From Phoronis australis (Eukaryota > Animalia > Phoronida), in the NCBI GenBank assembly GCA_002633005.1, contig NMRA01000025.1:1219160-1283159 (forward strand): a stretch of DNA of 64,000 nucleotides. Direction: 5' to 3'. Positions 1 to 12,031 of this stretch are shown here, in pieces (position 1 is the stretch's first letter; the number at the start of each line of letters is the position of its first letter). A program made the translations under genes and the position numbers. The notes under the pieces are model-generated. The model was given only the letters and a program-made list of their open reading frames with translations, was not told the DNA's origin and made no database searches.

Positions 1-252
1 TAGCATGTCATAGGTGTGTATTTAACAGAGAATCGTCTGCTTCCGCTTAGGCGACAGTGTCACTACGCGGCACTATTTGTTGCACATTTAGTTACTTCAC
101 ACCATACAATACACCTTCATGCACTTAAGGGACGACATGGGTAGAACATCATTTTTTCATTGGGTCACAATTCTCAAGAAATGACCAGTTGATGGCGTAG
201 ACGCAGTGACGTAGATTGATAGCTTTCTATTGCGTAACAGTGCAAGCCAGTT

Positions 253-475
253 CATGCGCTCACCCAGGGGATTGGAGGGGCTCGGGAGCTCTAACGAGCC
301 CCCATTTGGCGAAGTGGACAAAAAGGTCACCCTGAGAGAAACAATAAGTCCACTAAGAATGCAGGAACTATCAAAATTTGACGAATGTATAATTCATACT
401 CTGAAAGCATCCCGTTTTTAGTAAAATGTCCACATTCTCACAAATTCGAGCGCCCATAGGGTGGGTGCGCTAATG
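253..475 (+). mobile_element. MITE family A copy (TIR CATGCGCGCACCCAG...CTGGGTGCGCGCATG), 5-bp TSD CAGTT
   Basis: Starts CATGCGCTCACCCAG, ends GGGTGCGCTAATG; CAGTT at 248-252 and 476-480; internal sequence shared with copies at 9452, 23696, 31325, 39710, 54357 and 61920. Confidence 0.8.
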
Positions 476-548
476 CAGTTGAATGAAGTCTTTTAAAGTG
501 AGTTGTTAAAGACTCGGAAACAATATCAACCTATCAATTATCACCGTC

Positions 549-3500
549 AGTAGTATAGAAAGTCATTTAGGCGCCCCGTTTATGAAGCTCCCCGTCAAAG
601 GTCAAAGGGGAAAGGTCAAAGATCACGTAATATGTTTAATTGGACCTGTTAGAGAGGGACCTCGCTCCAAGGTCATGAGTGGAACCGGAAGTCATCGGTA
701 AACCGGAAAGACGAATTGGAAATCATGTGACTGCTGACGTCATCAGGTAAGTTAGGGCTTGGCACCGTACACCACCCGGATGTTCTGGCACAAAAAGACT
801 TTGAATACGTTGTGTTTGTAGACTTCAACTGATCGAGAGTGGAAACAAAATAGGGATTACGCTGAGTGCTGAATAAGAACAAAAGGTTGATTCTTTTATT
901 TCGCGTGCGTCACGCGTCGTCGTTGTATATTATTCTCTCTTATCTCTCAACAACAGGTGTTGCGTGTAACCGGTGAAAGATGAGAAGGGGATACTGTACA
1001 CCTCAACATCAGATGTCTCGTATATCACTAAGTTTATCAACCCGCCTAGAGTCCTCACCAAAACGCTTGAAGCATTTTACGGGAGCGAATTCGACCACTT
1101 GATAGACGTTTGTGATATCCAGGTTGTGTTCCAAGTTCTATTTCAGAAACGGAGTTGCCAACAGAATTTTCTCACAGAAGAAATTTCCCACCAGAGATCG
1201 TTGTGGTCGGCTCAGGATTTTGTTTCTCTCAGCATACTCCCGCGCAAAATCTCCATTGTCGTCTCTGCTGATGTCTATACATTCTTGAAAATAGGTTGCA
1301 TTTCTGAAAAGTGCTCTCTCAGATGCCTGGGGTCCTCGATGTCACATTCCACAACCCCGAACAGAGTATCGTCTAGAACGAATGCCTTTATTTGTTCGCT
1401 AGTCAAGCTATAGAAACGTTCCGTGGGTAACTCGTCTTCTGAGAAAAGAACGTAGGGAATCGTTTTGCCGTCTCAAATTCGCACTCCCAGATCTCTTCGT
1501 AATCGAAGGCTAGGTCGATGCTATAGTCTCCAATCTTTCTAGTGTTCTCTTTAAGCTCACTCATAGCGACGGGTTTCGTTCCTCGCCCTCGGAGTTCCGT
1601 CATCTTTTCTCGTGAGACGGCAGTCGTGGGCGTGCCAGTAACATCCTTGGAATTGGAATACTTTGTGCGTCTGACGACAGAAACCGTCCTTTGGAATACG
1701 ACGCTGACCCACCCTTTTTCAACCCCGTTGAACTGGTGACGAACACTGATTCCGCATTGCCACCCTACGTCAAATTGTTTTCATGTCTATGACGAATGAA
1801 TGATCCGGTCGGTTGCTCGTTCATGATGCTGCGAAGTGAAGGTAGAGAGCATTTACATCGAAGCCCAGAATCTTTGACACCATCTTTGGTCTTTTTCCCA
1901 CTTTCTCCATCTGCCTTTGGCGTATGAACTTCTTTCCCTTTTCGTGGTACCTGTGGAAAACAATACTGGGACTTCCGACGATATTCTGTTTGAAGGTACA
2001 GTCTTTGTGTTTTTCCTCAAACAGCGAAAGAATACGTTACCGATATTTTGAATTGAATCTTCATGGTTAGTCCGGGCACGCTGATACCATCCTTGAAGAG
2101 ATCGACGCCCTATTCCATGTAGAATGCCGCCATGGTATGGACGGCTTCCAACATGGGTCCGGTATCATTGTTATTATACCACACCAAAAATATTTCAGAC
2201 TCTTCAAGTTGTTGTCTTTCCATGCCTTCAGACAGAGGCCGTAATCATCGTCGCTTATCGCCTCCTCTTTCAAACTGCTTTAAAAGCCGCTTGAGGTGTT
2301 GGAGCCGTTTCGTCAAATTACCCACGTACTTGTAGAGAAAGAAACCTTTCTCTACAGCCGTCTCGTAAGCCTTCAAAAACTTTGCATAGCTACAGCCTGG
2401 GGCCAAGTAATTTACAATGTCGAGAAACTTTTAAGTTGATCTGTTGTTAAGCACACAGAGTTTATCACGAAACTCAAATCTTACATTGATAAAAGTATTG
2501 CAAAAAACTGCTTCTTCATGGTATTTAGGTCGTAATTTCCCGAATTGAAACCCATCGTCGGCATCTGTTTTAAGTAACGATCAAACTCGGCAGCCAGGTT
2601 TTACAGGAAGTGACGAGGAGGTTTATCTTCTATTTCCCGTCTTCGTCAACGTCATCCACCTCAGCGTTGTCTGCTACATCCCTACGAACTGTCTCTTGAA
2701 TTTCTTCAAAGGGACCCACGAAACGTCTCTCTACGTAGGCAGCATGCCTACGATAAGATGTTGAATCGTTTTTCTCACCACTTCTTTAGGTGTCACCGTT
2801 AGATACAAACACCGCGGATCTTCAAACCTGTCGACGTTACTGGCCACTGAAACGCTCATGATCTCGTGTTCTCTCTTACTTTCATGAACGCCTCTATATG
2901 AAACGCCACCCTGTAAGGGCAGTACCGAGCGCTTCCGGGAACGACGTATCCCTGTTCTTCCAATTTCTCGAAAGCTGTGTTACCAGGAAAAACGTGCCTC
3001 ACACTGTTATCGCATGTTTAGTTGTTGTCTAGATACTTTCGATGCGGTACTCCAAAACGAACCGCGGAGATTGCGTTGGTAAGACCTACAGCACTTCTTG
3101 ATATCGTGAATGTGTGAAAAGTGGTCTTCTTACAAGTTGAGAAAAAGTTCATCTTTAAACTGGCGATGGGGTCGACAAAGCTAGCCAGCTGTCACCGTCT
3201 TGGGATTTTTCCAACTCGTATACGTAGATGCTGATTTGGAACACGTTTTGTATTTCTGGAACATCACCCAGGAAAACAACTTGAAACTGTTTCGATGGGA
3301 TACCCAGCTGACGAAGACATTGGTCGTAAAGTTACTTGGTCAACTTCTCTAAGCTCTTTCGAGATTGCAGTCGATGAGCGGCTAGACAGCGAAAGAAACA
3401 CAAGCGATCGTCGTGTTTCCCGTGTCCGTCGCTTGTCATCGTCCACATGCCTTTATTATGAACAAGATACGGTAGAAAGGAAATGGGCGCGCCGATGGGG

Positions 3501-3633
3501 TGATCAATCATGTGTGTTACGTATACAGTCAAGTTGGTAACGAGTTCAACGATCCACTTCGACGTGGGTCGTCGTTGCCTCACCGATTCGAGAATGTCCA
3601 GGTCAACCAGAATGGAAAACAAAACATCCAGAT
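549..3633 (-). mobile_element. Decayed Polinton/Maverick fragment (putative terminus plus protein-primed DNA polymerase B remnant)
   Basis: AGTAGT at 549-554 resembles a Polinton terminus; ~1035-3633 on the minus strand encodes pPolB-like peptides broken by stops and frameshifts. No integrase, capsid or second terminus is seen. Confidence 0.75.
1035..3633 (-). pseudogene. Protein-primed family B DNA polymerase (Polinton/adintovirus type), fragmented and C-terminally truncated
   Basis: Minus-strand peptides: RQRRPTSKWIVELVTN..HPIG; DDRLCFFRCLAAH; PTMGFNSGNYDLN (ExoII-like, ~2523-2552); FLDIVNYLAPGCSYAKFLKAYE..KGFF; ISDDDYGLCLKAW; NIVGSPSIVFHRYHEKG; KILGFDVNALYL (Pol motif A-like, ~1839-1871); EIWECEF; KILLATPFLK*..VYQVVEF..CFKRFG. 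It breaks off before the KxxxNSxYG motif. Confidence 0.85.
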
Positions 3634-3914
3634 CAGCAACAGTGTGGCATGTTGGCTTACTCGCAAACAAAAGCAAACGACGACCGAACTTATCACAACC
3701 GAGGTAGATCAATGACTGACTCGACAGCTCTCATTATCAGACAACATGAAAAGAAATTGGCGCGAAATTCTTGCCTCCCAAAACGTCACTTCCGGAGTAG
3801 AGAACGAATAATAAATTAATTTACGAAAAGCTGTAATTAAGTGGAAAATATGTCTGGGATAACCAACGAACCTTATTTTTGCTAAAAATGACATGAAAAT
3901 GGTTGCCTTCGCCT
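3634..3914. mobile_element. Solo terminal inverted repeat of the Kolobok-type element
   Basis: Closely matches 41578-41860 and the reverse complement of 40548-40830; ends GGTTGCCTTCGCC-TTAA; abuts the Polinton pPolB sequence directly. Confidence 0.85.
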
Positions 3915-4629
3915 TAAAGAACCAAGACAAGCGTTAAACAAGTAATCCAACGCGTTGACTAGGCACGTGCGCACGTTGATTAAGCAGCTGTGCGCGTTGA
4001 ATAAGCACATTTCAAACCACAGAAGATATTTCATTTAACTATCCCAGTAAAAAGTTTAACATTACAAATCTTGCCATCTTTATCCGAATACAGTTCGCGC
4101 TACGTATGCCTAGGCACAACATGGGGGAATCAACAATCGGTCGGAATTCAAAATCACTCTGCTGTACTGTAAAACCAATTAAATGGCATGTGATCAAACG
4201 TGGTGTCCGGACTTCAAAACGCGATGGCTTCACCCAAAACAATTTCTGGCCTGTGCTATAACCAGTTGGACGGTGGTCAAACACGATCGACTGCCGTTCT
4301 TCCTCAGAGACTCGCTTTGAATGTCTCGAAAAAATTCAAGTGACATCTAGTGTTTAGTTTTCGTACCGTTTGTTTGTTTTGTTCAAACTCGGCGATCTGT
4401 TCGACCATTGAGTTTAACACCGTCCATCCCGTTTTAGGCCCAGCCAATTTTGTGGGTGCGGCCAACTAGTTTTGAGGTAGGCCTACCGGCCAACCTGTTC
4501 TGAGGTCCATCCACCAAGTCAGAACACCGGCCACTAAGTTTTGAAGTCCAGTCAGCTGGTTTTGAATTCCGGACAAGTGGTTTTGTCCGAGTCCGACCCA
4601 TTGTTCATTACTCCTTGCACTGAAAGTCT

Positions 4630-5056
4630 TCACGTACAAGCGCAATGAAACCAATGGTCAACTTGCCTCTGATCACAAGGCGGAGGTATTGCACAGGTTT
4701 CTAAACTAATAATTTAATCAAACATTCCAGAACAGATTCAAATTTGCTTTATGTTTATATCATACAAGTCAGAAATACTCTTGGCAGTAACTCCTATTCT
4801 CTCAAAACAAAATTGGAAGAACTCTTGACCGACCCAAACAAACGATTCCACTATCCGTACCACCAATAGAACTCTTGTCTGACACAACCAAGCACTTCCA
4901 CTATCCGCACTAATAGCTGAATCCAAATCTTGGTCAAGGTTTTCACGTACAAGCTAATACAACCAATGATCAATGTGCCTGTGTCCCTAGACGTTGGGGG
5001 TTATTCTACAGGCTACTCAAATAATTATTAGATCAAACATTCCAGAACAGGATCAG
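4630..5056. repeat. Diverged ~110-bp direct repeat (about 4630-4740 and 4942-5056)
   Basis: Both copies read TTCACGTACAAGC..AACCAATG.TCAA..GCCT....ATCAAACATTCCAGAACAG. Confidence 0.6.
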
Positions 5057-6742
5057 CGCCAATTTGCCGCTAGATGATGACACGTGACTGTTAACCCAAA
5101 TGATGCAATGCAAAGAAATTCTAAAATACGGTTTTGCTAACAAAATCAGGATTAAGAGTATACAAGGTATATAAATTCTGACAGGACTTTACAAGGTAAC
5201 AAGTCGCATGTGAGCTGTTGATTGAAAGGAGACGCGTCCAATTTTTCGTTTCGACTGGCGTGAGACGATCGGATCATTGTTTGTAAAGTCGTACACAAAA
5301 TCGTAAGCAACAATCCGACTGTGAAACTAGCAGGGGTTTAACGTTCGACTTTGTACTCTGAGAAAGATGCAGAAACTGTTGTAATGTTCTGCGTTGGACA
5401 GACAAAATCAAAGTCCGAGTTTGACGAGATGATTTTATTTACTAATTCCACTTGGAACCTCAGTGAAAACTTTGAATCCTTGTGAGTACCGTGTGAGAAC
5501 TGTAAATCTATGAAAATACACAAAATACTCTAAATACATGACAATATTATATAAAACCGAACCTAAATTAAACTGTTAACAATAGTCACTCTAAGAAACT
5601 AGTCAAAAGTACTCGAATCTAACTGAATCGGCATATGAACTTTAAATCACATTTACCAAACCAACATTTATCATAAAACGTATTATATCTTAGAACATTT
5701 CATAGTTCATAAACTCTAATGAGACTTACAGAAATTGCTCCCTTTGATCTTATCCACGCGTGAACATCCAATTCTTGTTTTGTGTATCAGTATGATCCTT
5801 GTCAGTGACTGAATACACTCCTTGAAACTCTACAGACTCGGTGATCTGCCTAAAATACTTGATTCTCTAAAGTTACTGAGCTTCCTCGTCTCCTAACTTT
5901 TTCTTTTGAGAATGGCGCTTATGTTTGCTCCAGAAATATTTATACTCTAAGATATGACTAAGCATCATATGGACACTGGTCAAGGCATAAGTACATCGGT
6001 GTGGGTGTTTCTCAGAATCAGTCCACCTCAAGTTGACCACTCCAAAACATATTTTGATGACCATATCCTGTTTGTCAGAACTGCACTGAGAACTTAACAG
6101 AACTAAAGCTTTCCTGAAGAAATTGCGCAATACTCAAGTTTACCACAACAAGTTGTTTACAGTAACAAGTCCTGTTCTAAAATATTTGTGACTTTCAAAA
6201 TAGTTAACTGATATTAATTAACACATTTGTTCATAATTTTAATCATCGATTACATAATTCTAACATTTTTCATCAAAAATGTTACAACTGTAACTGATGA
6301 ACGTTACTAATAAAACATGTCAGTGTATCCACGAATAGCAATATTGCCAGAGGTCAAAGGTCAGTTAGGACAATGCTGCTCTCTGTGCGTCCTTCTCTCC
6401 TGGGTAATGCCTGATATGGATCGGTCCATAACTGTGTCGTAATTGACCTATCGCCAGGATTTTGAGTGACGACTTAACTGACCATTTAGAACGCATCATT
6501 ATTGACACACTTTCGTTTCCAAGCCTCCATTTTACCCGACAAACAACACGTTGCACGTTAAAACTTATTGTTTGTTAGTCGACATTATGCAAGAGGGCGG
6601 TGCTTGCGACAGGTCAATTTCTAAATGACTAAGGGGCTACGAGAGACATCCTTTAAGCAACTGTAATAATCCCGTGAAGTAAAACGGCAAAGACATTTCC
6701 GTCTGAGGAATGACCACAGAGTACTTCGTGTGTTGTTCAAAC

Positions 6743-7792
6743 TTACGTTGTGTGAGAAATAGCGTACATCGATGTCCGTGCCGAATGATTTTTACGTGTT
6801 TTTCTGAAACAGTGAGGCTTAGTACGGCACAACAGTTGAACTAACTCTTTCCGGAATCCTGGACTGCCAATACAGTACAAAACGAAATTAACACTATGAT
6901 TTACGTTGATCAAGATATAAGCAACTGTTGCCAACACAGAGCTTTCTGCAACTTTGTATAATCCACTAAAAACGGTAACCGTGTATGGCATCAGCAATGC
7001 TGTGAAAGTCACTGATACAAGGATTAACATCATTGTCAGTTGGCGCTGTTTCGTCAAGGCTTGTGATTTGTGTGAATCCTGTGTTGAGCTCGACATCTGA
7101 ACACGTTTTGTCGTTGCTACATATGTCTTGCATATTATGACAGCATTCATGATGATAAGAAAACATACAGGAATGATAGTAAACAAGCAAGCTTCAAAAA
7201 TCTTGTAAAACTTGACAACATCATCGGGTATGTCGTAGTATGGCTCGTTGACACAACCTGTTCCGTTTGCATTTGTGTCTGGTCGAACGTAAATTAAATA
7301 TGGCAAGCAGACGAGTAGTGACGAAACGCCTATAATTAGGGACACCGTAATAGCTCGATGAACTGTAAAATTAGATCTCACTTTTAAAGGTATCACAACG
7401 GCGGCGAAACGCTCGAAGGTCAAGGCCACAACTGTCCACACTGAAGCAAAGGACAAAGCAACTGTAACATATACGCTTACTGCGCACGACATATACGTCC
7501 ATTTTAAAAAAGAGCTGTATTCAACAAGATGACTCAAGACACAGAAGGTGTCTAGAAACGAGATGACGCTGAGATAAAAGGAAATCGTGTGCGTCCTCCA
7601 GCTTCGTCTTAAAATTAGAAAGGACAACGTGTTGCCTAGAATCGCGACTGCGCATAACGCATACTGAGAGTACAAAGTGACTTTTGCCAGAACATCTTCT
7701 TCTTCTGGTCCTTTCTCGTCTTCGTTTGTTATATTTAACTTAACGTCCCACGCTTCATCAGGATGGAAGAGCATTGTTGTAGCTGGCGTCAT
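6743..7792 (-). CDS. Intronless rhodopsin-like (class A) GPCR, FMRFamide/peptide-receptor-like group, ~349 aa
   Basis: Seven hydrophobic segments; GN in TM1, D in TM2, LTFERFAAVVIPL (DRY variant), ECL2 Cys, TM6 LLMPY, TM7 NHSVNFVLYC, helix 8 FRKEL. First ATG is at 7792; the ORF-track start at 7873 is a TTG. Confidence 0.9.
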   Translation of the reverse strand: MTPATTMLFHPDEAWDVKLNITNEDEKGPEEEDVLAKVTLYSQYALCAVAILGNTLSFLILRRSWRTHTISFYLSVISFLDTFCVLSHLVEYSSFLKWTYMSCAVSVYVTVALSFASVWTVVALTFERFAAVVIPLKVRSNFTVHRAITVSLIIGVSSLLVCLPYLIYVRPDTNANGTGCVNEPYYDIPDDVVKFYKIFEACLFTIIPVCFLIIMNAVIICKTYVATTKRVQMSSSTQDSHKSQALTKQRQLTMMLILVSVTFTALLMPYTVTVFSGLYKVAESSVLATVAYILINVNHSVNFVLYCIGSPGFRKELVQLLCRTKPHCFRKTRKNHSARTSMYAISHTT

Positions 7793-8386
7793 TGAACATA
7801 TGTTGGCAATTACGAATGCAATCAGTAGATAAACGCGTATTTTACTTTCGAGACAATGACCGTTCTTATACAATTAAGGATTGTAACCAGATACTACTAA
7901 TTAACTTTTCGCTATGTAAATGTCAAGTGTGTTGACTGCGCTACGGAACGTTCAATTGGATGACAACAAAAAGTTTAATTTTGTCCGAACTTTACTATAT
8001 CTCTTGAATATAGTGTACTTAGGAAGAATAGCAATTTTACGACACTGCCATTAAAAAATCAATATTTTTAAATGTCAAGAACGAAAAATATAAGGTACAA
8101 TAGTTGGACCTAAACCAGAACGCGTGTATGTACACAGAAAACAACTCAAGTTTCTTAATGTGATGGGTGAAAATTTTACACTGTGACAGCCATCACAAAT
8201 CTTTGTAGATATTTTTGTTAAATCCATAATTGGTGTAAGCCCAATTGTGAGACAACAAAAGGTTAGCATCCAATGGCTTGGAGAGCTTGCCGCTTAGCAT
8301 AACGTCAAGTTGTCAAATTCGTTCCGGAAAAACTTCCAGGCCGCCAAACGGACAATGAGGTCGCCAAAATGGAAAAAACATGTGCG

Positions 8387-9409
8387 GGCGGTACGATAAC
8401 GTGCTTAACTTTTCCCCTTCGACCAAAAACGCAGTCCTCAAGTTTAAACACGCCCATGTTCCCATCTGGCAACAGAAACAGCCGCTGTTGTGGCGTTTTC
8501 TGTTGTTTGGGCGAATATTTCACCCTTGTTCGGCTTTAATCTGAAGCACGTGATCAGTAAACATGCGTCGTTGTCGGATTTCGTTGTTATTTGCCGATCA
8601 ATTATGACCTCAGCCTCTTTACTCCCTGTTGCTGTTTGATAACTGGCGACTTCATGGCGACTTGGGATTTTTACTAAGTTACCTAATAAAATCTGAGGTC
8701 GCATTGCATGGCGACCCGTAGATCACAAAATCGAGCCTTGGTTCGTTGTAGACTCAAATCCCAGTTAATTCTATACTTTTTACCCTGACCCATATTTATG
8801 TAATTGAAAGAAATCGAAGTTTTTATGTTTACAAAAGTCAGAATAGATGTTAGTGAGTTACCGATGCTTATTCACGGCTGTTATATAAATGGACAGTNGG
8901 CGGTACGATAACGTGCTTAACTTTTCCCCTTCGACCAAAAACGCAGTCCTCAAGTTTAAACACGCCCATGTTCCCATCTGGCAACAGAAACAGCCGCTGT
9001 TGTGGCGTTTTCTCTTGTTTGGGCGAATATTTCACCCTTGTTCGGCTTTAATCTAAAGCACGTGATCAGTAAACATGCGTCGTTGTCGGATTTCGTTGTT
9101 ATTTGCCGAACAATTATGACCTCCGCCTCTTTACTCCCTGTTGCTGTTTGATAACTGGCGACTTCATGGCGACTTGGGATTTTTACTAGGTTACCTAATA
9201 AAATCTGAGGTCGCATTGCATGGCGACCCGTAGATCACAAAATCGAGCCTTGGTTCGTTGTAGACTCAAATCCCAGTTAATTCTATACTTTTTACCCTGA
9301 CCCATATTTATGTAATTGAAAGAAATCGAAGTTTTTATGTTTACAAAAGTCAGAATAGATGTTAGTGAGTTACCGATGCTTATTCACGGCTGTTATATAA
9401 ATGGACAGT
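8387..9409. repeat. ~511-bp near-identical tandem duplication separated by one N (probable assembly or haplotype overlap)
   Basis: 8387-8897 and 8899-9409 differ by only a few substitutions; the N at 8898 lies exactly at the junction. Confidence 0.85.
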
Positions 9410-9451
9410 TATGATCAAAGAAGCCTACAGTTTTAATGCATGTTTAGATTA

Positions 9452-9746
9452 CATGGGCGCACCCAGGGGTGGCTCATCGGGGGGGGGGCTCGACCGAGCC
9501 CCTCAATTTGGCGAATTGGACAAAAGGGTCCGCGACAGTGAAACAAAAAGTCCTAGCAAACGAGACAAAAGTCCACAAAATCCACGGGAAGTCGGCGCAG
9601 ATGCACAAATTCATAATTCGCGGGCCTGAACCTAGTGGCCCTGTTTTTTTTTTCTTTTTTTTAATGCTCGTTGATCTTTTTTCCGTAAAAGGTCCGCATA
9701 ACGAAAAATTCGAGCCCCCCTATATTTTCAGCTGGGTGCGCGCATG
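9452..9746 (+). mobile_element. MITE family A copy, 5-bp TSD GATTA
   Basis: CATGGGCGCACCCAG...CTGGGTGCGCGCATG; GATTA at 9447-9451 and 9747-9751. Confidence 0.85.
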
Positions 9747-9861
9747 GATTATGGCGAACAAGTAATTGTTAAAGATGGTTTCAGTCAGTACCGATAATAA
9801 AATACTGCAGAAACTAGAATACATTCAAAAGCAGGCCAGGCTCAATACCTCTATTTGGCAG

Positions 9862-10193
9862 AATACAAAAGCGATTTAAACCAGTTACCAACGCATCTTT
9901 TATTTCACATTAGCACCCAAAACAATTACACCCTTAAGTCCCGGTTGGACATCAACTTTTGGCCCGGCGCAACTGATACGGAGCAACTTGATCCGTGTCA
10001 ACTGGCCGTTTACCCACGCAATTTCACTAACTGTGGCAAGACGGAAGTTGTACGCTGGAGTGTGGAATGCACATGCGCAGGTTTTCAAATAACGGGAGTT
10101 GCAGAGACAGAGAACCCGTATGTAGGTCAATGCACAAGCGCAGTAGACATGATCCTTTCCGCCTTGTCCCAGTTTCGCGTTTTAGATATATAA
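9862..10193 (+). CDS. Putative terminal exon of a small Cys-containing protein, weakly anti-lipopolysaccharide-factor-like
   Basis: Acceptor ctctatttggcag| then an open frame of ~110 codons: ...DPCQLAVYP...WSVECTCAGFQITGVAETENPYVGQCTSAVDMILSALSQ. The upstream exon was not located. Confidence 0.4.
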
Positions 10194-12031
10194 TTGACAC
10201 GGAGCAAGATGTTCGTGCCATGAAATCTGTGACATTCATGATACATATATGATTCTTGGTATGTTAGTTTGATAGTGTTGTTACTTATTGATATTATTTC
10301 TTTGCTATCCAATTGTTTGTGTTTATAGAAACTTGTTTTGGCTGTTAGCTGAGTCAGCGACCAACCCATCCGGGCCACGGCACCAAACAATGTAGTAGAA
10401 TAGTGGAATAACTCGACTTAGTAGCAGCGTTGGGTTGTGGTGTGGACAGTCTCGGTCCGTCAGTGAGATGGTTGTATTCAGTAACTAAGTGTGGAACACT
10501 CAATTACACTAGTAAAGCAACTGGCAGTAGCAAGATGAGGACTGTCTTNATGTTAATTCGATAACTGAGCTGGTGGTCCTGGGGGTGGGGTCCACGATAA
10601 AATAAGGAAACTCACTCATCTAGAGAATTTTATTGGAAATAGTTTTGAAGAGAAACTGCTGTGAAAAAGTCACTCTTGACTTCTGTGCATCACGTACACC
10701 TCTTATTTTGGGAGCACTCCCACAATATGAATATGTGCTGCTAGCCTACCCGGCATCGGGTGAGTTTCCAAAAAGAAACACTTAGTTCCACTCAATAAAA
10801 CTGTTATTCACGGTGGGGTAACTGGTGGGGATAACATCACCGAACGATGTTGATAGAAAGTGATTGCTAAAAACTTACCAAGTAATGTTGTGTAGTCTCC
10901 GAATGGAACTGCATAGTCATAGAGCACACACGGGGCTTCAGCATCCACACACTTTTTGTCAGTTAGTTGACCCTGTTGACCGCAATTGTCCACGAATATA
11001 GTAACCGTAGGTCTTTTGGGAATTTGTGGCCACCTGTCGAAGACTTGCACGAGGGAAATTAGCTATAATAAGGCTTAGCGCGACGACGTATTTTGATAAA
11101 AATTCCATCTTTTACCAGTTGTTTACATGCAGACAGCCACGCATGCGCAATTCAATCACCACTAGTACAGCAGCGACACCGCGAGGAGAATTCTCCGAAT
11201 AGCCCCATTACACTCCACCGGGAACGAAATTTGCAATGTTGGTTGGTCTTTGATTTGACTTGGTCACGTCGTTATATTCTGTTTTTGGCTTTTAATCTTG
11301 CCGAATGGACTCTCCTAATTGCAAAAAACGGGAAAAGCTAGTCGAGCTCACGGCCCAACTCATTGGTCCTGCAAGTCAGCGCTTGTTCTATGTTCAGATC
11401 GAGTCGAGCTTGTGTATAGACTGGGTCGAGGGGGTTGTGGGTCGTGGGTCGACGGGGTTTCAGAACAATCCGTTTTTTCTCTCATTTTCATAGCCAAATA
11501 CTTATTTAATTGCTGCTCAGTTACTTCAGTTGCATACTAATCCTTTTCGATGACCTTTATGAGTTACTAGTACTGTAAACCGTGCCATGGTGTCCATATC
11601 GATTGACGTGCGCAGGGTGCATGTAGAACACAACCCACGCTTATCATCTGTATAACGATTCAAGTTGAGCCAACCATATGACAGATGTATTCACCGGCGA
11701 CGAGTCAAAGCAGCAATATTTCCCATTAACCAAGTGCTTTTTATTTCTTCAAAGATACGCGATTGTTATATGCACGAATACCAACAGGCAGAAGAAGAAG
11801 GCAGAGAAGTTTAACAAATCGGATTTTATAATATCAAGATAACAAAAACATTACAAAAGAAATACAATTAACAAAATATGAAGAAAAATGAAATAATAGT
11901 TAAAGCAAGGAGACGTAGCCCGTACAACGTGGACAACAATACACGCCATTATAATGAACAAAACATAAACTGTTCAAAAAGTTCACATGACAACGGAATT
12001 CTAGTTGACAACATCTTGAAAATCAAATTTT

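Noticed and set aside
973-1413. 146-aa plus-strand ORF
   Set aside because: Mostly the antisense shadow of the Polinton polymerase remnant.
8387-9409. Tandem duplication giving twin 86-aa ORFs (8444-8704 and 8956-9216)
   Set aside because: A single N sits exactly at the junction and the copies are near-identical, so it is most likely a scaffolding or haplotype overlap. The ORFs match nothing I recognise.
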